Assembly: GCA_051294905.1 (NCBI GenBank)
Contig: CM119381.1
Coordinates: 17,422,001-17,486,000, forward strand
Reading direction: 5' to 3'
Source: Botryllus schlosseri
Lineage: Eukaryota
DNA length: 64,000 nucleotides
The position numbers and the translations under genes are program-made. The notes beneath the pieces were generated by a model. The model worked only from the letters and a program-made list of their open reading frames with translations. It did no database searches and was not told where the DNA came from. Of the stretch, positions 27,501-39,760 are shown piece by piece (position 1 is the stretch's first letter; every line of letters starts with the position of its first letter).

Positions 27501-28365
27501 ATATATCATGTTCATGTCAAACATATTTTCCGAATTGCCCGTCGTGTTTGTCTAGCAAATATACTGACGTTGGACCAAGTTAGCAAACACCGGCAAATTT
27601 CCATCACAGTACGATTCGTATATGCAACGGTATATATAAATGGAAACACTCTGGTAACATGACCATGACCATTAACCATGGTGGCTTAAGAATTTAGAGC
27701 GGCGTTCCGAACACGAATGAAGATCGAGGCAGGTCATACAAGTCCTCTTGCAGAAGATATTCAATGTCAGGCCAGTTATGATCTCTATGTGATAACTATA
27801 ATACGATGATTTTTTGTATCAGATCGTTCAGATCGTTCGCGGTAATAAGCGCCATTTCTTTTTTACCAACTATAATAATAATAAAAATAATAATGTATCA
27901 AATGAATCAACCGTGGTCAGTAAAAATGCTTTAGCAAATGGATACTTCAAGATACAAAAGAATATTTTCTCCGCGCACGGAGAAGTGTGAAGGGAGTGTC
28001 AGGTTAGACATATATTGACCCAGCACTTTGAGGTACCACTATATGTGTTTGTGAGGAGAATCGCAATCGAGTGTATTAGCTTTATTGGTTGGCTGTGGTT
28101 TAAAATAACCGCATCGGAGAATACTGTATTTAATTTTCGTATCCAGCAACAGGTGGGCAGGCCGACGTAAGCATCAAGGAAGAGTGATGGCAGGTAGCGA
28201 TAAAAATCATTCTATATCTCCCGGATTTCGGATTTCTGCTGCACTAATGGCATTATATATCGGGAGACGACTACAGGCTAGAACAAATTAACGTTTCCAG
28301 TATAAGTCTGTCAGTCCCGTTTACAGTTTTTATAGAAAATTAGGCCTAGATTTTGACAAGTCAAT

Positions 28366-31300
28366 ATGGCTTGGCATATATTAGAAAAATTGATAGAACA
28401 AGTAGCGCAACATTCAACTTTGGTAGGGAAATTTTGGACGACTTTCTTTTTTGTGTTGCGATTTTTGATCGTAGTCTCCATCGCCGACGATGTCTTCGAA
28501 GACGAACAAGAGGAATTCGTTTGCAATACTATGACGCCGGGCTGCGAGAACGTCTGCTTCAATGAATTCAGTCCGATATCGTTATTGCGATTGTGGGCTC
28601 TTCAGGTGACTAATTGCATAATCAAGTAGTCATTTGAGAGGAATCGTAAACATGTGGCACGGGAAATCGATACCAAATATAATAGTCAGGACAATTCGGG
28701 ACGATACAGATAAAGGGAGACTCTTGCGTTAATGCCTTATATAGTTATAAAATTATAAAATTCTGTCATGCACGCTTTCAAATATGAATGGTAACGACAC
28801 TTCAAGGTCATTGATTCTATATCCTATACCTTCGATTGTGTGCCTCCATGTGTTCCATGCAGCAAAACTGCGGGCCCATATTTAAACCGGCAAACTCAAT
28901 AACCGACTTGTGTGCATCGTTCTAGAGATAGAGTGGTATTATAAAAGAAAAATTTTCATGGGCACCCATTGTTCATACGTTTCTATACATAAAGTAAGTA
29001 TACGGTACACATTCGAGACAGTGGTGCCATTAGGATAAAGAAATTTGAGTCAAAGCCGATATGTTTGAATTTCAATTGTTCCGATTTATCTCTGGTAAAG
29101 TTACCAAAGTAGTATACAGAGTCTTCATTGCACCCGCTACATTTTGACTATGACTAATTGTTAATTACCAACTGAAAATCAGTCAATTCTAGGAATATCA
29201 AGAGGGCATGTATAGGGGAGATGCGATCAAGAATGCCAGTAAAATGAGGGCTTTGAATTCGTGTATGACTTCAATCTCACAGATGGAAATGTTTCATCCA
29301 CTCGGCACATTCTTCCGGGCTTGCTACGCGATTTGTCTTGATTGTAATGTTCCTAGTCAATTTCATCTTAGGTCCTTGGAGTCGCGATTCCGAGCGTAAT
29401 ATTTATTGTCTACACCGCCCATAAGATGGACAAAATTGGTGAAGCAAAGAAGGCCAAAGAAAAAGAGGAAGACCGGAAAAAGAAGCTTGCCGAATCGAAG
29501 AAAATTCAAAGTTGGAGATATTTGTCCGGATCGGATCCTCCCGGTATTCCCCTTGTGTGCCAATACTGCCAATGCACGCGATAATCTTTATGCTTCTTTT
29601 CCTTGTAATAGAGTACAGTCGCATCAACGTGGTAAAAGGGGAAATAAAAAGTGTTGAGGATAACAAAGTAAGTGAAGCAATCGTATCTTTCTCACTTTCC
29701 TATTTTATTTTGAACACTGACTGAACCGAATAAGCAGTGGTCTCTTATGCTATCCCATTCGATGCCCCTTACACGCTGTCTTGTCGCATTGGCGTCAATC
29801 TTGCTTGGAGTTGGAATATACTGTTATGTTGCATACTCATGCTCATTTTACGGACCGTTCTCGACATATGGTGGGATATGTGAGAGCGACCGGTAAAAGA
29901 TAGCGCAATGCGCAGCCTGGTAGCGCATTCTCCGCTGCTATGTCGCAAATAAGTTGACCGCCAACCAAGGGATTTGGTTAGCATAAGAGCAGGCGCTTTC
30001 AACCTTTTATAGTATAGTCGCCCATTCTCCGCTTTGAAAATGTTCTGTGGCCCACCTCGTAGAATCTTAATTCTGCTCAGGACGGGGAAGGAATTCTGAA
30101 CTTAGAATTTAGGCTAATAGTCACAAGTTATCACGCTTCCGAATATTGCCATCAAATTGGGGCGAAGATAGATTTGAATGGACATGGACATACAGTTTTC
30201 ACGTCGATTTGACTACGGTTGCTTGGATTTGTTTTACCCGGCCCTAATGTTACTTCAATCATGTTGCAAAAAAAACATGCCTGGTACTTCGAAAATTTGA
30301 CTTTACTTGACTCATGTCAAAGTGTGCTATTACTCGATATGATGACTTGTGACTAGAAGGTAGTGATTTTTTCCCAGCACTGGTGGGAAGGCGATTGCAT
30401 GCAGCTATATTGTTAGAACAGTGGTTATGTTACGAGCTTGAATATGAGAAGATCATATGTCTCAGTTCACGAGTATTAGTTTCAAGGAACATGGTGTATT
30501 TATTTACGAGCATCAGGAACTCTGCACACGTGCTTAATGTCTTTCACGAATGTATGGGCGAATTCTGTGAGCTATAGACATATATTAGAAATTGTTAACG
30601 AGGCGTCATCCATGTGTTTGTACCATCGATGAGATAAATTTTATGATATACATACCGGCAATCGGTATTCAAGGAATTCCTGACATATGGTACATAGGTA
30701 TTGTATATGAGGAGTGCTCGATGGACCCATTATTAATAGCAAATTACCTATCTGTTTGGAAGCATACCTATTTTTACATTTCATGCCATAATGCTCATGA
30801 CTTTGCTGTTGGGTGGAGTTCATATCTTGGAAAGTTACACAAATTATAGCATTTCAGCGCTGAGATATGTTATCCATCATTATCACGATTTAAAGGGAAA
30901 GAAAGAAACTGATGATAAGAAAGACAACAAAGAAAAGGATAGTGGCGACGATAAACCCTTGATTGTAGCCACGAAGCTGAAAGATGACAACCCGCCCCGC
31001 TTGCTGTTGGCATATGTGTTCCAGGTAAATAAGAATAAATATTTGCAAAGTCAGATAACACAGGATGATAGTAAATAACGCATATCTAGATACACATCAC
31101 TTTCCAATCACGAATGCATGATGTCGTCGGTAAATGAGTAACTATACGCGCATGGCTATCTCTGCCCCCAAACAATAGAAAATATAATACAATTCTGAGA
31201 GCCACCCATAGATGTGTATAAGGTACGGGCTGTCGTTTTTGCTAATAGGATATCATTAGCCATTTCAAGGATTATTGTCGCACGTAATTTACATCCTTAC

Positions 31301-33710
31301 GACCGTTGCATAGCTGATACAGACGATGACAATGCCTTCACTGTGGAGGGTGGGGTGATTCTTGGAGGTCATATCGTAGTAGTATAGTTTAGACTTTACG
31401 TCCTTGAATTATAATACGACAGTTCCAACTTCCAATATATATATAATATCATTTCGTTTTTTGTTATTCAGGTTGCTTTTCGACTGTTCTTGGAGATTGC
31501 ATTCATCATTGTTCAGCTTCGCATTTACGTCTTCAGATTTTATATCCCGGAACTCTTTCAGTGTTCCAGGTGGCCTTGTCCTAACACTGTAGACTGCTTC
31601 GTATCGAGGCCGATGGAGAAAACCGTATTGCTGTGGGTTATGTTTGGTTAGTATCATGCTTACATGTTCACATGTTCATGCATATACAATAACCCTAACG
31701 TACAGTTGTCATAAATTGCTCTGTTCCATGTGATTTGTACCCTATACAAGTTATCTCTCACTTCCGCCATTCGATTAAGAAGAGATTCTGGTTTTCGACT
31801 GAAAGGGTAAAATAGTCACCAATGGTACTGCGCCGTACAACTCAAGTAGAAGTAGAGATTTATAAGACATGCCAAAATTACTTCAGATGGAAGTACAAAA
31901 TGAAGATTTGTAAATTACATTAGTAAGTAGTTTCAAAAAGTGAATTAGATCGAGACGTTCTCATACCTTTAGTAAAGCCGATTGAATATTGGCTACTTTT
32001 GAAATTGCAGGGTGCATCTTCAAGACGAACGCAAAGCGACAAGATTAATTAATATCCATCAAAAATTCGGGAGTCGATTCGTAAACTCAATTTGCATGTC
32101 GACGGCCGCCAATACGTATTAATTAAATTGCGGATCCACTGCCGCACAAATTCTCTCCTACGGCCGCAGGTTGCCCACCCCTGAACTAGAGCATTAGGTT
32201 TAGGAACAGCAGCAATGTATTTCTGAGGAGTATGAGTGATGGTTTGAACCTCTAACATCACAGTGCTAATTCCAAACACACACCTCTTTTGCGTTCATGT
32301 CTGACTGTGTAAAATATTGCGGAAGTAGTCGTCAACCCAGTACTCTCGATGTCATTCGAAAGATGTCACTCATGACGATGTGACTGGAGCGTAGTATTCG
32401 ATTATTACGAATAACTATTCAAAACCGGAACACCTCGATAAATTTTGGCGATGCAAGTTTTCTTTTAGTCTTTGGTGCAAATTCTTATTTTGGACCTGCT
32501 TCTTCCTTGACGCAGGAAATGATAGGAAGTTGCAGTTTAATGAATTTTACCATCCTTATAAAGCAGTGGTCGGGAACCTTTTTCGTCTGAAGAGCCATGT
32601 TAGCCCTATATTTTACATTTTAACTCCCAAAGAGCCATACTTGCCAATCAATTGTTGCGTCACCATTGAAAATCCGTGACGTCATGGTAGTACTAATGCG
32701 AACTCACTACATGGGATTCGTCGTGGGCGCCATATTTTCGCTGTAAAAACTCGCAGGCTACTATAACCATCCTGTGATAGCGCAATTCATCGTTATAGCT
32801 TAGAATTTATAATAACAGATATAAATCTAATTTAACTATAGCACTGATTCCGAAAATAAATATTGATCGCCTTATCAATTCTGTGGTAGCATAAACGTTG
32901 CACTACACGCCTACATTTTAACCGCAGTACTAGAAACTAGAAAGACTTATCAATTTGGATGTGAATAGCGAAGCGTTGTTTGTAATTTAGATACTAGATT
33001 GTCATATGAGCGTCCCCATGTCTGCTATATTTTCTTGATCAACTAAGATATAGTGCAATCCAAAATTACGCAGCGCACGATGGCGTTACAGCAACTTAAA
33101 TTTGAGGATTTTATAAATGGGTCCGAGTGCTTATCCCTGGATACGCAACTGCCTTGACCTCTCAAATACATGTTTAAGCTGCCACGAGAATAATTATTCT
33201 GGCCGTTAAGAAAATGTACTAACAAGTTGCTGCAATATCGATAAAATTAAGTTTAAAATTTAAAATTTGTCCAAGAGCCATATCTTATACCCAAAAACGC
33301 CATATATGGCTCGCGAGCCGTAGGTTCCCGACCACTGTTATATAGTATACTGTCCCCTGTATACTGTCGTACGTATAGAAGGATTTTTAAGACAAAACCA
33401 TAGCTAGATCGAGCTAATCACCAAATCTCGTTGATTCCATGCAGGAACTGGGGTGTTGATGATCGCTTTGGGGGTGCTGGAGTTATATCATATCGGCATA
33501 AAAACCATGTATAAAGCTTGGACCAAACGTCATCAAGATATCACCAAGGAATATAAAGTAGCTTCAAATAGTGCTCCTCAATTTGGAAGACGGGATGGCT
33601 ATAACAGATACAAGGGCGGATATCCCCAAGCAGTAGGAATTAGAGTTGGATATGCGAGAAGTAGTATATCAGGCGGAGATGGTGGCATTCAAATGGATGA
33701 GTTTATTTGA
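28366..33710 (+). CDS. Connexin (gap junction protein) CxC, ~334 aa; exons 28366-28605, 29372-29510, 29612-29667, 30896-31024, 31472-31646, 33445-33710
   Basis: MAWHILEKLIEQVAQHSTLVGKFW N-terminus; E1 CNTMTPGCENVC; E2 [21 protein letters not shown]. The exons sum to 1005 nt in frame. Exon structure matches CxA for the last four exons. Confidence 0.94.
31830..31960 (-). mobile_element. Fragment of CAGAGGTGGTC-family MITE in CxC intron 5
   Basis: CAAGTAGAAGTAGAGATTTATAAGACATGCCAAAATTACTTCAGATGGAAGTAC aligns to the reverse complement of 55052-55247. Confidence 0.6.
32564..33337 (+). mobile_element. hAT-type MITE (CAGTGGTCGGGAACC termini)
   Basis: Perfect 15-bp TIR CAGTGGTCGGGAACC / GGTTCCCGACCACTG; TSD TTATAAAG / TTATATAG (7/8). 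Confidence 0.88.
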
Positions 33711-34719
33711 AGCATGCTTTGGTGGACGGGGCGTTATCGGCCACAAAGAAAGATTTTCCATATCATTCGGGGAAATTTGTCCAGGATTGGAATATCGGAC
33801 GAGAAAACCAATTGGATGGCGAATTCAAACATGTTGCTTTTCGTAAACTATCTTTTTGGTGTTCATTTGAATCTTTCAGTTATCTTAATGTTGAACTATC
33901 TTCAATGTGACATTTTTTAAAGGCTCATCTTCGTAGACCATACTCAGATAGTTGCCATCCTTGCTCGAATAATGCGATAAGCGACGGGTTAAAATTGACC
34001 TCCTTCTCGATTTTGTATCATTGATCATGTTTAAGCATTAAAAAAATCGCAGATCGAATGCGGTTGCAAATTATTCAAATTCGTTCATAGCTAGCCTTGA
34101 ATCATTTATTCGACTAACGATCTGGGTCATCTTCCCAATTTGTTTTTCACATTATTGTCTTTTTTTACTATCTCACATTTTTTGTATCCCGATAACTTCG
34201 TTTTTTCAAACCAACTCGTTGTGTGTAAATTTCATCACAAACTCAACAATTTACCTCTTTTTGAAATATGTATATTTTATCACTGTCTTAAGCACAGCCG
34301 GCATTTTAGACACCGATCCGATAAAACTCACCCGGGCAGGTTCCCGTCGTTGAGCTTGTTCCACTCTAAGTAAATTGGGACAGAATTACTACTAGTTTAA
34401 TTAATTTTCACTCGGTTTCTATGCTTTATATATTTCATTAACGGATTATTTGTGTGTATAGTTGTAGGCTATATTGTTTAGTATATCAAATGCAGCCAAT
34501 AATGTTGAATTGCTTCCCGTTTTGAAGCACTGTTAGACTAAAAAATCCGATTGTTTTATAGAATTTTTATGTCTTATCGCAAGATTTTAATAGTTCAACA
34601 CAATTTTGCATAAGCAATAGCATATACTCATCATACCACGAATTCTGTTCCACTCTCGATAATGTAAATTTTATTTTCTTGCATGGCATACCAGTAGACC
34701 ATGCAACATGGAATAATAT

Positions 34720-34988
34720 AAGGGTGCTTTTACTCGGGGTTCACATTATCAGTTGGTTGACTAAAAAAAGGCCAGCTTTCCGGCTCAGCACTCGAAATAG
34801 CCGACGGAGCGTTACTTCAGTGCTGATTTACTCTATCTCAGTCGAATTTTGCCCAATATTTAACCAATATTTTCAAAAAAGAGGACAAAATCCCAAAAAG
34901 AAGGACATTTAGGCGTCATCGGAGGACATTTTAAAAAACCTGAAATAGGAGGACAAATCCTCCTAAAGAAGGACGTATGGTAACCCTA
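34720..34988 (+). mobile_element. Right part of TAGGGTTACCATACGTCC-family MITE
   Basis: Ends GGACGTATGGTAACCCTA; AAAGAGGACA repeats are shared with 41580-41808. Confidence 0.65.
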
Positions 34989-35044
34989 CTTTACTACCTT
35001 ATCAGTTAGCAAATAATTAAAGTTCTTGTCACATAGCATAGACG

Positions 35045-35368
35045 GGGTTACCATCACGCCCTATTTTAACCGGATTTTACCTCTTTTCAATTAATCGAAA
35101 GAAAGTGACCTCGGAGGACGCCGAAATGTCAGAGTTTCGAAAAAAGTCTGGTAAATTGGGAGTCAAGTCAAAGTGATTCCCTTTTTTGTCAACACCACAC
35201 ATTTCCGTAAAAAAGCTAGTAATTCGGGAGTAAATACGAAGTGATGACCTTTTGTCTTTAGTCAGCATACTACTAGAGCGTTCGAAAAGTCATTAAAACC
35301 ACCAGTGTTCTTTTCCGGTGCTGAAGCTTTCAGAATTTTTGAAAGATTTTGAAAAATTATGGTAACCC
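35045..35368. mobile_element. Small MITE with GGGTTACCAT / ATGGTAACCC termini
   Basis: 10-bp inverted termini; same terminal motif family as 44227-45274. Confidence 0.5.
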
Positions 35369-35519
35369 GAGCATGTTAATTTGTTACTATATAGTCTACT
35401 CCTGTGGACGCAAAATCGAAGGCTTCCTCAACTGTTAATAGTGACCCCATTTTAGGACATTAAATAAATTTTTGGGATCGTGAAACGTTGTTGGTTTCTG
35501 CGTCATATTTTTTTTTACG

Positions 35520-35900
35520 GGTTGTGGAGGAAATAGAAGCCAGTATAGTAGTGCGGAGCATGGACCGAATCCGGATTGGACATCCGGTCGGATTTTTTCA
35601 GTTTTAGCCCGAGCGGATCGGAGCCGGATCAGTACTTTTTTAATAAGGCCAGAATTTTTATGGATAAGCATGACGTTTGTAACTAAATAACTACCAACCA
35701 ACCAACCAACCAACCAACCACACGCAAGTAACCGCCAAGCCAGTGCGAATATAAACGAGCCATATTTATAAATTCAGGGAATCACTGTGCCTTGTTAGGT
35801 CGGATTTCCAGCAGGACTGTTAAATTTTTGGCCGGAGCCGGATTGAAGCCGGATCAGTATTTTTCCTGCTACGGCCGGAGCCGGATCGGAGCCGGACCAG
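35520..35900. repeat. Interspersed repeat with multiple GAGCCGGAT motifs, containing an (ACCA)7 microsatellite at 35693-35720
   Basis: Two clusters of GGAGCCGGATC/CCGGAT motifs and an ACCA array seen directly. Confidence 0.55.
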
Positions 35901-36859
35901 AGAATTGAAATTTTATCAGTTCAATACACCACAAAAATGCGATACAATGAAAAGACAGGAAGATGTCGAAGCGACAAGGAGTAGTCTATGGAATCTGACA
36001 CCCACCTTGGCCTAGGCGATGTAAAGAGGAGGCATGCACACTGAATGAAGGTAAAGAAGATAGTATAGAAAAAGAATGCGACAAGAAATCGGGCGGCATG
36101 TCATGGGAAGCGAGATCGATAGGTCAGTCGTGGTCCGGTAATTTTGAGGATGGACTGTATTTATTTAGTAGTAATTGCATGATAATAATTTTTCATCCTC
36201 TCTTAGTTTACGTGTTCATATTTACTGGCAAAGCTGAGGGAGGGAGGGGCTTCCGATAGCAAGCGCAGGACCATTCCGTGTTAATGGATAATCGGCAATG
36301 TATAAAGGGTGGAGTGGGGTAAAGCGCGCAGGTGAGGTAAGACGCCCACCATCAATATGACAGAGCAAAGCGAGCGTTGAATGCGTCACAGTATCACAAA
36401 AATCACATGATGGTCAGATGGAACTGTCACTTGATTTCCACGCCCGCGCGAAGATTTGTAACGTTTTATGAAAATTTATGACTTTCTAATCATATTCTTA
36501 CCAAAAGAGAGCCTTTAGAAACAAGTTAAATGTCGTATTTAACGGATACTAATTTCCCAGTCCTATTTATGATTTCACTACGGATATAGTTTGATTTATG
36601 CCATAGTCCGAAGACAAATTCTCGCTATAACCACTGGCAAGTGATTCATAAACATTGGCGACCTCAAGGCTAACACGCTTATACCCCGCCTGTGGGTAAA
36701 AACCTCAAAGGGCGTTTTATCCCTTAAAGTCCAGTAAATATGGATTCAGTAGCCATTTATGGGCTCGGTGTGTCATGGAGCAGTAATGGCGGGCTCTGAA
36801 ATGCCTATTTTTTAAATAAATGATGCCGTTTTTTTCTTAGGGCGCTAAGGGTACCCATA

Positions 36860-37036
36860 TTAAAAAACAGCCATTCAATTACGTTAAATCGCTCGAAGCG
36901 TCAAGAAAATTTTAAAGTTGTAGGAAATTTCTCTCGAAATACTCTACTAATTATGTTAATATGCAAAATAATTTTGGCGCCCGTCGAGTTCGGGATCCAA
37001 AATTGGAGGATTTTGGATGCGACAGTTACGGTCCTG
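36860..37036 (+). mobile_element. Truncated right end of CAGGGCCGTAAC-family MITE
   Basis: Ends CAGTTACGGTCCTG and aligns with ~7230-7400. Confidence 0.6.
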
Positions 37037-37439
37037 GTGATACGAATGGGCTTGGGCATATTGCCTTGACGTGCAATGGCCCAGAAGGTGCCAAATCCGA
37101 GATGCTCCGAAAACGAATTGGGGCTTTCCCGCATAATCAAGCTTTACGAGGAGATAGTTTTACAGAAGCGATTGTTTGATCGCTGAAAAGTGTTGTCAGG
37201 AATCGCTCAAAATTGAATGCTGAAGTGATGATAATTTTGTTGTATTGTAATCAGCGTTGTACTGACTTGAAGTTTCAAGAACACGGTTGTTAAACTGTGT
37301 GGCAGATCCTCTCTGGCTAGATTATTGAATTCATGCGGCCCGCGGTCTCTACAAAATTTAAATAATAGCCCGGGACCCATTTGGAGTTATCGATCCGTGG
37401 TTTAAAACACCATTTGTTTTAAATGCAGCCCTACGTGTA

Positions 37440-37853
37440 GACTATACGGTCTGTTAAAAAATTGTGTTTCTTTCAAAGTTGTATAATTATGCCATAATTG
37501 TGTAAATATTTTCCAAAAAACATGTAGTATGAGCCCACGGCCACTTACACCCAATATAACCGACGTATACGATATGGAATGGTTGGAATCCTCGAAATAG
37601 TCTGCTCAACAGCTATAGTCGGGAAATATGTATAGTTCATAACTGCGGAAGGAATGTTCTGATGACGATGACCGCTGACCGTAAAAACGCCGCATGACGA
37701 TGTAGTTCTGGTTAAGAATCTTTTTGGTCCGTATATGACAGGGGTTGGAAGCTTATTTCGTCAAAGGAGCTATATTTACCCTATATTTTCAATGTCAATC
37801 GCCTTGTTAAATACGTTTGTTTTAAATATATTTTTGTTTTAAATTCAACCCTA
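37440..37853 (-). mobile_element. Copy of TAGGGTGGCATTTAAAA-family MITE
   Basis: Reverse-complement similarity to 9372-9840; terminal TTTTAAATTCAACCCTA. Confidence 0.65.
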
Positions 37854-38443
37854 TAGTGTAGTGTAGACACTAGCCGCGTTAGACACGCCCTGCCGGTTGG
37901 GGTTCTGCGGATACAAGTTTTCATTGCAATCAAATTTACAATACTGCATTCTTTGCTGGGGTGCTCCCAGTAAGAATGCATTTGACCAACAGCAAAACGA
38001 CAACATCGGGTTCTCTGTATCATTTAAAAAAATACTTCCGGGGATTGGAATACAACTCCTGTACATGACATAGAAACATAAAATTCACAAATGCCCTTAT
38101 ATCAGTGGCGAGAACACAGGAAATATATTGATATTAGAGATCACTGCTGCAACAGTAGCCTAGTGGAGGCCTTGAGTATTCCTGGAAGTCCTGTACTGGG
38201 TTTGCAAGTTCTTCAATCCTGAGTTCGCACTCAGAAAATATTTGCGAGAATATGATGTATAAGATTTTCATCTAGTAGCGATTAGAAAATATGTATATCT
38301 ACCCCTCATTCGAGAAAACGCGATATTCCATACTCAAGCAGTATACGAAACAATGGTTGTAAAGTTTAGCCAATATTGGGAAAACGAATTGTGAAAAATT
38401 CGGCGAAATAATCGCGGTACGAAAAAGGCAGGGATATATATCT

Positions 38444-38600
38444 TGTTTGTTTGTTTGTGGTACTCGTGGTGTTTTTCGACTACTATGGTCATTGGTCATT
38501 TACACCAGTCCGATATTCTTCATTTTTATTCAGTAACTGCCGACTTGTAGCACGGCCCACTTATAGGCTGTTTGTAAGACACCGCATACGTGGATGGGAT
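38444..38600 (-). mobile_element. Probable SINE 3' part with (AAAC)n tail; related copy at ~5050-5170
   Basis: GTTTGTTTGTTTGT at the left end. TTCGACTAC..GGTCA.TGGTCAT.TACACC.G.CCGATATTCTTCAT is shared with 5070-5120. Confidence 0.55.
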
Positions 38601-39169
38601 GGCGAGGAGTAGCTTAGGGATATCTACCTAGAACTCCGGCTTTAAGTAACAATGGTTGTGACGTTTAGCCAATAGGAAAACGGATTGCGAAGTATTCGCA
38701 GTACGAAAAAGGCACCGTGAAGCTTGCGCAATACACGAAGGGACTGAGGCCTTGACTTGAGTAGTTACAGAGATCTGATACAATGTACTTTAGTCACGTG
38801 CTGTACGTTGTGAAGATATATTGGGATAATTATCCCAAGTTCAAATTAGTGTGACCGAGTCAAATACACTGCACAGTGCACATCAATGGGCTTGCCTCAA
38901 GATCATAGGACATTTGACAAGTTACGAGCTAGCGGGCAGATTAAATATAGAGAAGTGTGGAGACCGTGCTGCGGGTTTAGTAATGATTGCACTGTTTACT
39001 TTAGTTCATTTTTTAGGTATTTCTTTAACAGGGTGATCCTTCGCGAATCCTTGTGAATCGAGTGCGTTGCTATTTATGGCTGGAATTTCTTATTAGGAAT
39101 TCAACCATAGCTTCAACCACTGAGCTTCAACTTTGAATTTGAACAAATCTGTTACATAAGTGGATGGTG

Positions 39170-39760
39170 ACGTCACTACGCCTATGAAAACAGCCCTTAA
39201 TGGACGCAGTGATGCATGACATACTAATATCGTTCTCCATGGAAACAGCATACGTCACTATTGTGGCATTGTCGTAAGCAGCATCGAAACATATGTAAAT
39301 CCAAGGTATATAGGTATTTGTATCAGGCAGGAAGTCTGTGTTGTGTACTGTATAGTGAACTATCAAACGTTATCTGCGAAGCCTCAGATAAGGTTTTGAT
39401 TGTAGCGAGTAGCTGAATGAACAATCCTGATATGATAGCTACCGCTACAGTCATCATGTCAATTCGAGATGTGTCGAGAAATACATTCAGTGTATTGGAC
39501 ATTCTGCTAGGATGTACCGGGTTAGCTCTGGATGCACTTTGGTGTGTTAACGTGGCCGGCGTTGCAGTAAAGCCTATAATATACGCCAGTGGTTTTGAAA
39601 GCCTCTACGAAACTTTATACGAGAAACCGTTATCTGATCTTATTTGCGGCCTAAAGTTCATCGCCATGCCGTCTTTTTGGATCCACAGCATTGGTAAAGT
39701 GGCATCTGTTAAGACACTGTTTTGGGGTATTCTTGCTGTGACTGCATCTGGCAGAATCAT
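39170..39760 (-). pseudogene. Decayed penton-like ORF (one stop, one frameshift), bracketed by 12-bp direct repeats (tentative)
   Basis: - strand: SYKVS*RLSKPLAYIIGF..NPV..NTLNVFLD..QLLATI..QITFD / HYTV..IYICFD..FHRR. ATGGTGACGTCA occurs at 39164-39175 and 39827-39838. Confidence 0.35.

Noticed and set aside
30592-30895. In-frame upstream extension of CxC exon 4 (ORF 30791-31078) and ORF 30592-30849
   Set aside because: This is intronic read-through; comparison with CxA places the acceptor at 30896.
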